Source: Bispira polyomma
Taxonomy: Eukaryota
Direction: 5' to 3'
Assembly (NCBI GenBank): GCA_965649765.1
Contig: OZ287754.1
Span: 51,522,001 to 51,586,000, forward strand
Length of the DNA stretch: 64,000 nt
Positions within the stretch are counted from its first letter, which is position 1. Each line of letters opens with the position of its first letter. Positions 48,901 through 62,340 of the stretch are shown piece by piece. The notes under the pieces were generated by a model. That model ran no database searches. It was not told the DNA's origin and worked only from the letters and a program-made list of their open reading frames with translations. The position numbers were made by a program, and so were the translations under genes.

Positions 48901-51900
48901 TAAAATATCTTTAGTTCATGAGACTTCGTAAACAATGATCAAATATGGCGACCGACCTCATTATATCTTAGGCGAGGCAGTCATTGGCTGACAATCTGGG
49001 CTGTTTCCAATGCGCATGTGTAGAATGCCGAGCAATATGAGGTTAAAGTTTTTTAATTGTATTAATTGGATGAAAATTTTCGGAATTTAAATGTTCAAGA
49101 ATAATTTCATACATTCAGAATCAGTGAATCAATATTTCCGGGGAAGAATTACATAATACATAATTTGGGGTCCTTTTTTCACGAATTTTATACAGCAGTT
49201 ACTGAATTCCTGCAATTCTGTAGATAATTTAAAACCATAATGTCTTGACCAGTTTTAGAACAAACATGAACAATTTGATGCCAAACAGATGCATCAATAT
49301 CTATATGTACTTCTTCATTCCATTTACGTTTGAAGCTCATATTTATTTAAACATTTTGTATAGAAACCTTTATTTGAAAATTTTTTTAGCTACATCAATA
49401 GCAAAGTTAAAAATGTAAAGTTTAAATTTGTCCCGGTCTAAATAAGATGTTACTTAAGATAACTTTTCAATGAGATATGTTTCCTTCTTATCCATATGAA
49501 GTTGGCTTTACTAGTATTCATTCTTAAAACAGAGTTCGGCTACCTATAAATAAATAAGAGTAACAAGGTTGCATAAACATAGTTGCAATATGTGGAAGTT
49601 TGTTGTTATTCAATTAATTGCATGTATTTAGTTGCATTGTGTCCTGTATGCTTTATAAAATGATTTACCTTACTAAATATATGTGGACTGCATTGTCACA
49701 GAGCCATCATACTTAAAACCGGGGGGGGGGGGAAATTGTGAAAAGAGCGAGCGAAGATAAGCCTTCGCAAACAAATAGGTTTGGGGTTTTCTTCTAAAAA
49801 AAATGAGTGAAGATGCAGTCCAAATATATCCCAAGTTAAATCATTCCACAACAGCCGGTGTTTTTGTCTCGCAGACAGAGAGCAAGGAAACAAGTGCTTT
49901 AGAGTTGTGGAGATTCCTAGTGAGACTCAGGGCTTTAGGTGGGAGCAGGCACTGCTTCTCTGCAGGTCAGGGCCAGGAAACAGGCCAGACTTGGCTTCCA
50001 TACAGTCCATAGACGAGAACGGTGAGATATCTGCTATTGCCACTGATTACCTCAATGAATCTGTAAAACCTTGAAAATGAGCTATACTTCTATGCATTAC
50101 TTTCGTAACAAATTCTCTTATAGAATGCTTCTAGAGCTCTCCGAGGAACCCCCTGGGGAAGTATAGGTTATATGATTAAAAAGTGGTTCCACATAAAAGT
50201 TTTATGAGATGGGTTAAACATAGAAAGCTAAAAATATTTTTTTCCTTATTTTGGCTTATTGTAAATTTAAAATATTATAAAACTAACATTTCGGAAAGAT
50301 ATTTATAACCATTTGTAAAGATTTTTCATAATAAAGAAGGAAGGCGACTACAACCTCTATTAAAAACTCATGTGGCATATTTACCAAAAAAATAGACAGG
50401 ATGTTGCAAATGAAAATAAAGGTACACATGACCCAAGCAAGGAATATAAATATATATTACATGGTAGAAAGTCCAATTTGGCAGAATTTGAAACATTTGT
50501 GTGATAGTAAAAAGTCCAGTTTCACAGAATTTTTAATTCTACCGATAGAAAGTCTAGTAAGGAAAAAAAAAACATTCTAAACCCTGCCTGCAGAAACTCT
50601 AATTATTTGTAATAGACTACATACACTACTCAGGAAATAAAACTGAAACTTAAGTTTGTGAAACTCTACATATATAATATTAGATGCAATGGCAATTTAA
50701 ATTTAATGATAGATGACTTAATATATTATACTAATACTTTGAATTTTCAATTTAAATTCTGCAAAATTTGACTTTCTACCGTGACATACATATACAGTTG
50801 TGCAAGCAGCATAGACTACCATTCACATGATGTTGTAAGTATACATAAATATCCATTTCAGCGGTGATAACGTCTCACATTCAGACTTATAGCTGGAATT
50901 ACTGGATAGGCTTGCATTACACTGGTGTACACAACAGCTGGGTGTGGGCAGATAATGATGACAGTTATTACTTCAACTGGGCACCAGGAAGACCTGCAGG
51001 GGTAACAGTTAGACACAGTTTTCTGTCTCAGTTTTGTGGCTTTTAAAGCCACTGGACCGGAGACTAAGTGGTTACCATTAACAAAACTTTACAAATATTT
51101 ACGGCACTTATAACATACAACAAAATTAATCATTTGGTTTGTGGTTGTAATGATTAACACAATAGCCGAGCATAATATTATAACTTATGGCCAACCTAAA
51201 GGCACTTATTTACATTAATATTATTATTTGAAAAAATTTCTGCAAATTTCCTGTTGTATAGTATGGAGTAAACTGCTGTGTCCGATTTGTAAAATTTTAC
51301 CCCTAACTGTGCGTATTATCAGTAAAAATTAAAGCATCATTCAGGGCAGAAAATGCTGGTCTAGGGTAACACTATACTTTAGTCTTCTACTTCTATTTAT
51401 AGGCGCCTCATTGGTGCAGTGGTAACACACTCACCTACAAACACACTGATCAACTACTCAGTTCTGATTTCCTCCACCATTAAACTGCCCATCATGATAT
51501 GACACAACCATCTTGAAAGCTACCTAAAACCTAAAGTAATTTAATCTAATCTAATCAAAATGAATGTACAAATATGCTAGTTATAAAAAGGCATAATTTA
51601 CCAGATTATATGTGATGTTAGGTGTGGCGTACCCATAATAGTATAAAAACTTTAAAATTGTTTCGAGGTTAAGGATTATTGAAACACACTTTTGATATCA
51701 ACGTTTACAGATACTTTGTTTTAGTCAAATGGACTTTTGGCCAAGGCCCTTAGCATTTATACATGTTCGGACAATGACATTGGTTGTAGATGTGAAAAAA
51801 TTATACACTTTTTTCTGTGTTCTATTGTACTGGGACTGTATTCTCCAAAGAAATTCAAGCTAGACGTCAAACTGAACTCAAATTGATGTTTTATGCAAAT

Positions 51901-54900
51901 CCTTGTATATGGAAATAACCTATACTTGTGACCATTGCAACGCTGAATCAAATTTGTAATCGGATATATAGAGACTTTAGAGTTGCGCTTGATATTTAGA
52001 GAATACCACCACACTGGTCTACTTTAGGATGCTGCTTGTGTGGAGATGTGGTCTCTGTCAGGTCCAGGTGGACAGTGGGGAAATCAGGTGTGTGATCAGA
52101 GAAGAGGATACATCTGCCAGACATTTAAAGGTGAAAAAAAAACACTGAAATAAACAGTACATTTTGGTGTCAACTCCAAAAGCAAGTTTTATTAAATTGA
52201 CTTGATGTGCTTAAGTATTGCAGTTTCTGAATGTATACATATAGCAAAACCCCATTTCCTTCTGTGATTAAGTCATTTCATAGAATCAAGATTCTGAATC
52301 TATGAGCACCTATGTTTATTGTGTCCAAACAATATAGATGCAGACAACATAATTCCAACACCAGCCTTCACCACTCCTCATGACTGTGCAGCTGGTTGGA
52401 CTCCATACTGGTATGGCTGCTACCAGTTTCAGAGTGAGCTCAGAACATGGACTTCTGCCAGAGATTACTGTGCAAGTCAGGTAAACAAAACTCATGCTTT
52501 TAACTTAAAGCATCAATTAATGTAGTCTTAATGTGTGAATGAACTTAAAGGCCAAGAATTGTATTTTACTCATTTAGCATGTTGACTTAAAATACTAGGT
52601 GAGGCACTGTTGACAGCTAAAGCCAACTGATAATAACAATTGTCTCTTTTGCTGAAAGTATTAGGTAGCAGGTGTTTTTATCAACAAAAACATTGTTAGT
52701 ACGTTCCTGCCAGAACAAGAGCTGATGACAGGGTAAATATAGAAAATGTAAAAGTTAGGTGATGAAGTATTACCTGATAGCATAGATTGACCATGTTTAA
52801 ACAGACAGGGACACAATATAATAATAAGAATGTATTATATGACAGCACCAATTAAAAATATATTTCTTTTTTATTACCATACCATGTAGTCAGAAAATAT
52901 TTTTATTTATAAGCATGGTGTGTTGTCTGTGTCATTTGTTAGGACTTTTGTGTTACATGCATAAATGAAAAAGAAATATTAAGTTGTAATTAGGTAGTTA
53001 AAAGATATGCCAGGTTTTATGTAGTGTTCTATTGTTGCGTCTTTGAGTCCCTTTGTCCTTCTTCTTTGAAATTTTAATTTTATAATTTTTAACTTTCCTA
53101 TATAAAATGTTATGTGAATTATTTACAAAGCAGAAGACAGTGTTGGTTGGAATGTAAAGCTCAAAATACACACCAATCAAACATAACGGCTGATGCCATA
53201 GATTAGATTGAATACGTTTGGATTACCAGCCTGCCATTGACTTCATACAACTCTGTTTTACAGTATTGTCGTGTGACACACTTGGGGTCATATTACCAGA
53301 CAACGCTCATGCTACCTTAACATTTTTAATTAGTAAAACCAGCAAGGGCGATTTCTGGTATTTTCAGTTATGGAAAACTATCACTAATGACTGTGGTGCA
53401 TATAATTATCTGTAACATAAGGCAATGCATACAAGTAAAATATTAAAAAATCTTCAGGATGAAAGAATCGTTTAAAAGGTCTTCATACTATATTATTGCA
53501 ATACAGGGTGCTACCCTGGCCAGCATCCATGCAGAACCAGAAAACTCAGCAATCTTCTACGGTGCAGACGGATCATTTCCCCTCTGGATTGGACTTACAA
53601 AGGTAAAAACTCTCTACTGTATTGTACAAATGTTGTTCGCTAACATTTTTTTGTTAAGCCACAGATTAAAAAAAATTTTTATGAAAAGCTTGACTAATGT
53701 GTTGAACCAAATTATCAAAAAAATATGTCACACCAAGCTCGTTCGAAACCTACAGAGCTTTGAATATGGTGTGTATTTCCACTTATTCGCCTGTTGTTTT
53801 CGATGGAAAAGCGTGTTTTCAGAAGAAAAATTTCCATAAAAAAGTACTTTGAAAAAATTTCAACCCACAGAATTTATTTTTTTCTCCCCAGTTGTGGTAT
53901 ATTAAAAACTGTAACTAAATATGAGAAAAAATCTACTTTGAAAAAATTTCAACCCACAGAATTTATTTTTTTCTCCCCAGTTGTGGTATATTAAAAACTG
54001 TAACTAAATATGAGAAAAAATCTGGGATTGACAGCACTAATTTTGTTTAGATGTCTGGAATTTTTAGGGCTCAAAACCATATGTTTCTATTGAAATAATA
54101 GGAAACATCTGGAATTTTTCTGAAAATAAACATTATATTTATAGCAGAGTGGCTTAAAAATGGGCAAAGCGACATATCATTCCCAATAGACAATTTAACA
54201 AAGCACCTATTCTGCAATTTTCATGAAAATATATTGAAATTTATTTTTTTGGGAAAAAAATTGCAGCGAACAACCTTAAGTAAATTAGTCTAGGATACGT
54301 GGAAGTCCTGCGTTAAAGAAAGGATATATACTCCTAGTCAATCGTATTAAACTAGCTGTAGGCTGTACCAGAAAGAAGCATTAGAGGGAGAAATTATGAC
54401 AACATTGGAAAGAAAATGCTTATTTTGTTTCTGGAGCCTGATATTTCCATAGGTACCAAAAGTAATGGCCTACGATGCCTGAAATGGCAAACAAACATAT
54501 GTGTAAATATTATAAACACACCCTTTTAGTTAACTGAATTCAAAACTTAAAGGTCAAAATTTCAAGGTGCATCATTAAACTTGAATTTGAATTTGGATAT
54601 TTAACGTCCACTCTAGTACCTTTTTTATATTAGGATGGGTAGTTGAAATGCTGGAGGAAACACTGCATACAGTCGGTCAAGGTTCTGCAGAGAAACCAGC
54701 GGCCCAGAGTAAGGAACTACCACCTTTCCCACGTAGGCATCGACGGGATTCGAACTCACGCCGCCCAGAGGTGAGAGACCAGTGATTGTGAAGCGCAATG
54801 CTTGCTAACCACTAGGCCACCGCGGCCCCGCATCATTAAACTAACACGTTTGGCAAACCTTTTTTGTCAAATCAGTTTAATGGAACACACATATCTGAGA

Positions 54901-57900
54901 AATTGGTACAAATTTGCTATAATAGCCGATCAAACCTAGAAAAATCTTGGATTTTGGACTTGGTGTATATTGAAGCATAAATGTGTCACTTTATGTTCAC
55001 AATTCAACCTTATCACCAAGAAATTCCAAATTCGCAAAGCCTAACATGGAAGAATGAACTGATAAATTTGTCTCTCTCAATGCTTCAAACACATTCTTCA
55101 ATGGTCCTAAATGACTTAGTTACTACCATTAGTCAAAATATCATCCATATTACTTTCAACATTTTGAGACACTTCAACAATAACTTTATTCTATTACAGC
55201 TTGCAGCAGAACTAACAAGACTAAAAAGGACAACTTTAAAGCAAAACATTCCACCATGAACAGTAGCAAAAAGTTTTGTCTCTGTCTTCTTGCTTTATCA
55301 GAATCTGCCAGTGTTCCTTGCTAATGTCTAGCTGTGGAAATAACTTTTTTGAATACAAATTGAAGTATAACTACCCAGGCAATGGGGGTTGACTTTGGAT
55401 ATCAAAATAACAAACTTTATTGAGCTTTCTATAATCAACACAGAAACAAACTAACTTTTTCCTTTTTTCTTAACAACTTCTCTTATTGAAAATGGTAGGA
55501 TGACTTGTAGTCAAGGCAATTCAATGCTCTAGCAAGTTTGTCACCTTGGGTACACATCTGAAAATAAAAATCACCATACTGCTTTAATAGCTTTGCTGGC
55601 TGAATTTGCTCTTACATAATCAGGATGCATTCATGATTCAACACTACATCATGATATAATTCAGACTGAATATCAAATGGAACATCGAATCTATCATAAA
55701 ACTTTAAATCTTTACTTTCAACATTACCAAATTATGCTTTTCTCTGCCAAGAGCCAGGCCACCGCTGGTAATCTAAACACCTGTAAACACCTTCACAAAT
55801 TGACTCTTTCCACACTCAAGTCTACTGTGTGTACCTTGTTCAGCCATGAAAAGCATATATCTTGAAAACACAATGACCGTTAAAGGTAGACTGAAACCTC
55901 CCCATTTCAAATCATAATCTCCTTACACAAAAATATCAACTATAGCCACCCATTTTAATCATTAAAGAACATTCTCAAATCAATAACTTCCAAACTACAA
56001 ACTCACATTGTAATAGAGCTAAAATATATAATGTGTTTATACTAACTTTAATAATTTTCCTTTTAAAGAATCAGACGTCTGGATCATATATCTGGGTTGA
56101 TGGTTGGGGTGTGTTCTACCAGAACTTTGACCAGGGCGGCCAGGATAATGGTGAAGGCTGTGTGATAATGAAGTCCAATGGTCTGTGGAATGATACCCAG
56201 TGTTCTGCCACCCATGCTTCAGTCTGTAAACAAACTGACCGTAAGTGTGTGTGTTGTGCATGTATTTCTTTGGGAAAGAAAATATACACCAACTATTGCA
56301 TTTTATTCTGCATATTATAACTTACTTTTTACTGGTCCGAGCTTGGAATTGGTTTCATACCATTTCAATCAGTAGAATAAGACAAACAATGTAATTTGAA
56401 AAATGAAAGAAACGTTAATTTATTTATGTAAATTGTGAGCCACAAACTGCACAGGTTCATATCATTAAAAGAACACTAAAATAATATTTTCAAAAAGTTA
56501 ACACTCAGATCGACCCTAACCCATTAAAATCAACTGGACTTAAGTACCATAAAGTTCACCATGTTACGTATGCATTTAAGAAAAAGGTGGTAGCTGATAG
56601 CCCAGACAAACAGCAACTATATGCTGAAAATATTGATTTTCTCACTGATCTTACTGTGTACACTTGTAGAGTATTCTCTTCACGTCTAGTGTGATTTTTT
56701 TCCTGTAGATTGCATACCACCTGTTCAAAGGAGAGCTATCTCTAGTTATGTAAACTAATAGCTCAAGAAACAACTCACTTGCAGAGGTGGGTATTTCTGT
56801 ATTCTTTTGACATCTACAGCATACACATACTTCCTTGTTTATTACACTATACATTACCTATATTGTAGAGCCCCCACCCACTGTGGATGCCCCAGATGGG
56901 ACTTACTGTCCTGTAGACTGGATTAAGTGGGGCCTCAAGTGCTACTACTTCTCCAGCATTTCTGAAGACTGGTCAGGTGCATTGACCGACTGTCGTGTGG
57001 TGTGTAAACATCTAATCTAATCTGTTCCTTTCTTTTTAAGAACTAAACTTCCCTAAGACTTGGTTAAAAAGAGACTTAGGATATCTTCTACAAAAATAAA
57101 TGCCCTTTGATGTCCTGATGTGAAGTAGCAGATTGTGCGTCCATCAGAAATAATTTTTGCGGGATTTGATTTAAATATATTTACTTATGTTAAACAATTG
57201 TTTTAATAATTTTAGAAGAGTGAGACATTGTGAAAAACAAATGGTAATATATTTTATAAATTGGGCTAATAATAAATTTATAAGAAATTTGTTCTTTAAA
57301 AACTGCATGTTATAACATAAATGAGTTTCTATCATTTAGTGACATGTTCAATATGCATGATAAGAGACAATGAGAATTCTAAAATGAGCAATATAATACG
57401 GCACTAAGAAAAGAATATTTTGGCAATCATGCTAAAATAGGCTAGTTATTTTAAACACAAAATAGTTCGTTTCAACTTCCTTGATTTATTTATTTATTTA
57501 ATTTGGCAATTGAACGTCCACTCTAGTACCTGTTCAACTTCCTTGATATAGCTTGTCATACATTTTAGGTATCTGATGATGTATGGTCTTACTCTATATG
57601 TTCGTAGTATACAAAATGTAAATATCTAAACTTTAAATATGGAAATTATAGTCATATCTCTGAACACTACCTACTGGTTTGTCTGACTTTTAAAGTATCA
57701 TTAACATTTTTTTGGCTGGCCAGGTACATCCACAACTGTGCATGGGAACGACAAGCTGGCATTGAACCCAAGTGTTCTGTGTTCATAGGAGACTGTACAA
57801 TATTTATGAGATCACAATGACAGATAGTATAGTGTGTGTATATATACACTAAGATGTTCTAGATGACATTTATTTTTCACTTTAAACTATATTTTTTACA

Positions 57901-60900
57901 TGTCAAATGTATCAAATAATGTAATCCAAAAGAGGATATATTTGGACACGAGACAAATGCCTTAATTCATGACATTATGTTAAGTGCTCTCTTGGTTGGT
58001 AACTTTTTTTTACACAGATGTCTTGTTTGAAGCACAATAACATTAGCATAATCCTTATTTGCCCCTCAAAACTATGTTTGTATAGAATATGTGAACATTG
58101 TGTGTGTGTTGTTTCAGAGAGGTGCAAATAACAATGGTGATTTAGTTACTATTGACAATGAGCAAGAAAATCACTTTATATACAGTACACTAGAGTCAAG
58201 ATCAACTGTATATTACGCCTGGATTGGTCTCTACAGAAATCCCACCATGCGTGAGTTTCCTTGTTTTGACACTGTTTTTGCCCTTGCAGTCCATATATAG
58301 TATCACCCAGATGAGCGGGTCGTTTTATGTATCCAGGCTTAAGAGCGAGGAAATTCATATTTGGTACAAATATTCATAAAGGGATGTAGGTGTGCTACAT
58401 CATGGTCAGTGGTTATTACAGTGGATCTCTGCTCATTTATATGCATTTATTACAATGATATTTAATTATGATTTACATTTACAATGATCAAACCTTCTGA
58501 ATAATTTCGAAGATAAATATAAGTAAAATGATTTTGCATGTGAAGTGAGTTTTGGTGGTACCACCTTGACCTTTTCCATTCCAGTTAAATAGGGTTTTCC
58601 CCTTGGTTGGTGGTGGATTTATAAAACATTCGCCTTCCATCTTGGCGAGTCCTTAGTTTGAATCATGGCCGTGGATGCGGAAATTTAGCAGTGTACTTTC
58701 TAAAAGCTGGTGGTTTGAAGAGCAGAAAATCTTGACCAACTACCCTGCTCTAGTTTCCTCCATAAACTGCCTCACATGAACAAGCCGTCGTAATATGAAC
58801 ATGTTATAAGCGACTGTTAAACTCAAACTAAACTAATTAGTTAAAGTAGATGGGTATTTATGTACTATCTCTGTACTAAGAAAAATCTTACACTTGAAGG
58901 TATAGCTTTAACTCATGCTAAACTTTATCTTTGAGTTTATCTTTGAGTTATCAAACTAAAAATTCATTTAAAATTTGTTAATTCATGGACTAACTTGGAT
59001 TTCCTTAGTGGCTGACTCAGAAGGTTATGGTCAACTGTGACAGTGGACGATGATGAAGTATTGTCTTTGACGACTTTCCTGAGGGATCATGTTTTCTTTG
59101 ATCAGAAAAATCCATGGTCCATTTTATCTGATGAGGAGCCTTATTGTACTTTTTGTTTTACCATTATCTAAATATTGACCAATAATATTTGAGTTTATGA
59201 ATAAACATACAGATTGAGTTAATAGTCATGAGTGATTCACTCTACCAAATCCTATAATAACGTGTGAGACTAAAAACTACATTATAACGTTTCAATAAGT
59301 TAAAGAATCTTTTTTTTAGTTCCCCAGTTATTGACATAAGCTGGCTCAACCATAATGCTTGCTTTGATCTTGCAGCTAATTATACCTGGGTGGATGGTTC
59401 TAATGGGGACTACAAAAAGTGGGCTCCCAACGAACCCTCCAATCCAATCAATGAGCTGTGCGTTGAGATGAACCTTTACGACTCATCCTTCCCGAGTTTC
59501 TGGTTTGATGAAGAGTGTAGTTATTCTCAATACTATGTGTGTGAAGGGGACCAAGGTAAACCTGATTTTGTTAGGATGTAACCACAAAAACCGAGCCAAA
59601 ATGTGTACTATGTGTTCATTATTCGGAGGCACAGTAGAACATCCATCATCCAAACTTCTAGTATCCGAATATGTGATTATATGGACTCACTTTTATCCTC
59701 CCAAATTTGGACTTGCACATTGTGTACAAGTCACTAATATCAAAACAGGACCTGGAAAGTGTTAACTATAGGGAGGTGTTTACTATACAAAGGTATTCAC
59801 TATTGGATTTTTTGCTGTACATATATCAGAATGGTGTAGTCGAATCTCTGCTATCTGAACTTCGGTTATCCAATAGTATTATCCTATAAATATTTCTATC
59901 CTTTATGATACTTTAGATTCTTCCACTTTTTCTCTTAAATGTCTTAAATGCCATTTTATGATGACTTCTATACCCAACAAAAAACTAGCTATCTGAAAGT
60001 GTTTGCAAAATAGAGATTCCTCTGTATTAAATATAAAATGTAAGATATATTAGTTATTTGTGCTGCCTGATACTAAAATTAATGAAATCTTCAATAACTG
60101 AAATAAACTAGTATTCATAATTAAATATACTTTGATGTGTTTTTCTATGGGCTTGTAGTCTGATGACACAATATTCAGTGGTAAATATTCTGAAAATCAG
60201 GGGGTTGATTATTGTCTCAAAATGTGCTTTAACGCAATTCTCATGGTAATTGAAAGAAATAGATAATAAAATGCCAGTTTCATCAATATTTTTCTTATAA
60301 ATCACACCTGGGCCCATGCTTATCGAAGTTTGTAAACTTAAACTCATGTTTAATTTCAAAATACCTCATGAAACAATTTATTAATTACTGTAAACTATCT
60401 GGACATATTACCATTCATTTTAATAAAACTTTCAGTGTTATAAACTTCAATAATATGCATCGGTTCATTTCATTCATGTAAAAGATACAGTTACCATCTT
60501 AGATTTGTGCTCTTCAGAAATATTTTCAGCAGGAGATATTTCTTGAGATTCTTCTCATAGGTTAAGGTTTATCTGTCTTGTTTTCACAGGTCCAGAACCT
60601 ACCTACCCAACAGTACCCACATCAGCCCCTGGCGAGTGTCCCTCTTCAGAATGGGTCAAGTCTCAGTCTGGTCCAGACTGCTTCCTAGTCAGACCAATCC
60701 AGTACTTTAGCTGGCAAGGAGCTGTAGAGTAAGGGACAACCTGTTACCATCACCATACTTATCAATGGTTTTAAATATTAATGTCAAAATGTCATGCACC
60801 ACATGACAAGATTTCTTCAATAAAGCAAAAAATACCAAAAAAATAATGTTACTACTATTTATATTAAAGCTTAGCTTTTAGTGAGGAACTCGAATATACA

Positions 60901-62340
60901 GTTAGAATTTAAATATTTTTTATTGCTGATAAAGATACTGGAGGGCATATTTTAAGGTTATTGTGAGATTAAGTTTGTGACCTTTGATGAATATGGGCTC
61001 TAATCTTTTAAATATGTCTGGGGACATATTTACAAAGATTCTTCTTCTTAGAATTACATTTATTCTTAGAATTGTTCTTAGACTAGGAAATTTCTAAGAA
61101 AAATTGTAAGAAATTTTTTTTTTTTAATTTATTTCATTTCCATTCTAAGATTAGTTTTTAGAAAAAAATTGAATGAGGTTAAATTCTAAGAATAGTACAA
61201 AAGTTGACAACTTTGTGGGTAGTAATTCTTTCAACAAAATTTAAGATTAAAAAGCGACAAATGTGATCAATTTGATTCTTAGAATTTTTTTTCTTTGATG
61301 AAGAAAAATACTGAGAAATAAGAATCTGAATATGGCCCCTGGTGTCTAATGGCCTTGTTTACCTATTTATTATCTGTCACCATTATTTGTGTTTTATATT
61401 GAGCATGGCTTGCTTTATTTAGTTGATATTTGGTTTTAAAGGTGTTATTTATAACAAAATACGCTTTCCCTGTTCTCTTTCTATTATTTAACAATGAATT
61501 TTGGATTGATGATGTGGGGGTTAGGTATAATGGTGTATTTTAAATTCATTACACTCAAGGCCAAATATGTCAATTCATCTGCCCTGAGATTATAATTGTA
61601 GTTTCACTTTGCTACAGAATTTGATCACTGTGGCAGTAAAATAATTTTTTCATGTAACTATTGAATGATTTTGGGTTTGACATCGTTTTTAACATGTATT
61701 GTGCCATGTCGCAATGGGTAAGAGTAAATTAGAACAGCATATATGGTCAAGGTTTTCTGCTCTGTAATCCACCGGCCTTCAGCTAGTCTGTTGCAAAATT
61801 TCACTCATATACTTATCTTGACTGCCAAAATACAGCAAATTTGCACCTGTACCTCTTTGGGTCTTCAGTCTAACAAAGAACAGACTTTTTAAAGAACTGG
61901 TTGATCTCATGTTCAGAAGCTCCCCGTTTGGATTCCTGTTAACACTACTACTGCGTTCATTGGTGTGATAACATCATTGTGCATTGTTCACATGACATTG
62001 CGTTTTTTCACCCAGACTATGTGTTACAGGACACATTATTAGTAGATTGAGGCATGTTGTTGCACTTTCGAAGATGCTTCAATTTTTTAAAGCTAAATAA
62101 CGTTAAAAATATAAAATACAAATCTCATCTAGGCCACAGTAACAGATGCATGCCTTACTAACTACATTTGTCTGTATTCTATCAGAAGTTGCAAGTACTT
62201 GACTGGAGGACGGGGATCCCTTGCCACCATCACAAGCATTGAAGAAAACCAGCAAATCTGGTTCTTGGCTGACTACCTCACACCGCCTGGCCACAACCCA
62301 TTGCCCAGCATATGGATTGGATTGTCTAAAACTGGAATAG
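36926..62340 (+). CDS. Multi-C-type-lectin-domain protein (macrophage mannose receptor-like), at least 18 coding exons, at least 5 CTLDs plus an inserted PAN/Apple-like domain; continues beyond the right edge
   Basis: Exons 36926-36971 (signal peptide [15 protein letters not shown]), 38072-38253, 41982-42058, 42988-43085, 44073-44230, 45319-45469, 46453-46590, 49875-50021, 50862-51001, 52028-52130, 52338-52480, 53507-53602, 56069-56240, 56869-56999, 58118-58250, 59376-59555, 60590-60728, 62186-62340. All introns are GT-AG and phase-compatible, with no stops. CTLD motifs C..GW....CY, LASI, WIGL, W.DG and WND..C, with Pro/Thr-rich linkers. Confidence 0.9.
40231..41320 (-). mobile_element. L2/CR1-group LINE, 5'-truncated 3' fragment with (TAA)n tail
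   Basis: [51 protein letters not shown] and LKTYLF. 3' stem GCGCTTT...AAAGCGC is followed by TAA repeats at 40231-40250. Confidence 0.92.
44073..45469 (+). CDS. Two-exon PAN/Apple-like module (103 codons) within CTLD1 of the lectin gene
   Basis: [53 protein letters not shown]|[50 protein letters not shown]. Pattern C-x3-C-x5-C...C...SG; flanking introns are both phase 1. Confidence 0.75.
44868..45260. repeat. Diverged ~212-bp tandem duplication in lectin intron 5
   Basis: GGCTTACTTTCGCCTAAAGTATA at 44908 and 45120; GAAATTTAGATGGTAAGCATCCACATA and CATCATTTGGCGACCAT also occur twice. Confidence 0.85.
47162..48588. mobile_element. Non-autonomous DNA transposon, 1.43 kb, TGT...ACA termini, inserted in a (TA)n tract
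   Basis: Perfect 32-bp TIR TGTTACAGTCAATCTGTGAAACCAGTCATTAC; subterminal palindromic repeats of consensus AGTCATTACGCGTAATGACT. Confidence 0.88.
53631..54276. mobile_element. Probable MITE (Kolobok-like end, TTAA at right flank)
   Basis: Inverted ends GTTGTTCGCT...TTTTTTT / AAAAAAA...AGCGAACAACC. Confidence 0.5.
53845..54022. repeat. 89-bp tandem duplication, two apparently identical copies
   Basis: Units start at 53845 and 53934. Confidence 0.92.
54582..54829 (-). mobile_element. Full-length young tRNA-derived SINE (248 bp) with 13-bp TSD
   Basis: Minus strand starts GGGGCCGCGGTGGCCTAGTGG (A box) and contains GTTCGAATCC (B box). TSD GCATCATTAAACT at 54569-54581 and 54830-54842. Older relatives at ~39660-39850, 42190-42430, 42580-42950, 51400-51540, 58600-58830, 61670-61800 and 63030-63140. 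Confidence 0.9.
57486..57532 (-). mobile_element. 47-bp extreme 5'-truncated retroposon tail with 15-bp TSD
   Basis: TSD TTCAACTTCCTTGAT at 57471-57485 and 57533-57547. The insert shares AACGTCCACTCTAGTACCT with the 3' end of the SINE at 54582-54829 and has a (TAAA)n tail. Confidence 0.85.
61021..61338. mobile_element. MITE, Harbinger-like, CTG target duplication
   Basis: GGGACATATTTACAAAGATTCTT / AAGAATCTGAATATGGCCC, flanked by CTG on both sides; internal TTCTTAGAA / TTCTAAGAA repeats. Confidence 0.65.

Noticed and set aside
45770-51290. Inverted copies of a repeat (~45770-45885 and ~51170-51290) flanking lectin exons 7-9
   Set aside because: Short, diverged, AT-rich and 5 kb apart; unlikely to pair stably.
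54750-54829. tRNA gene
   Set aside because: A and B boxes are present but followed by a SINE body and tail and flanked by a TSD; no convincing cloverleaf.
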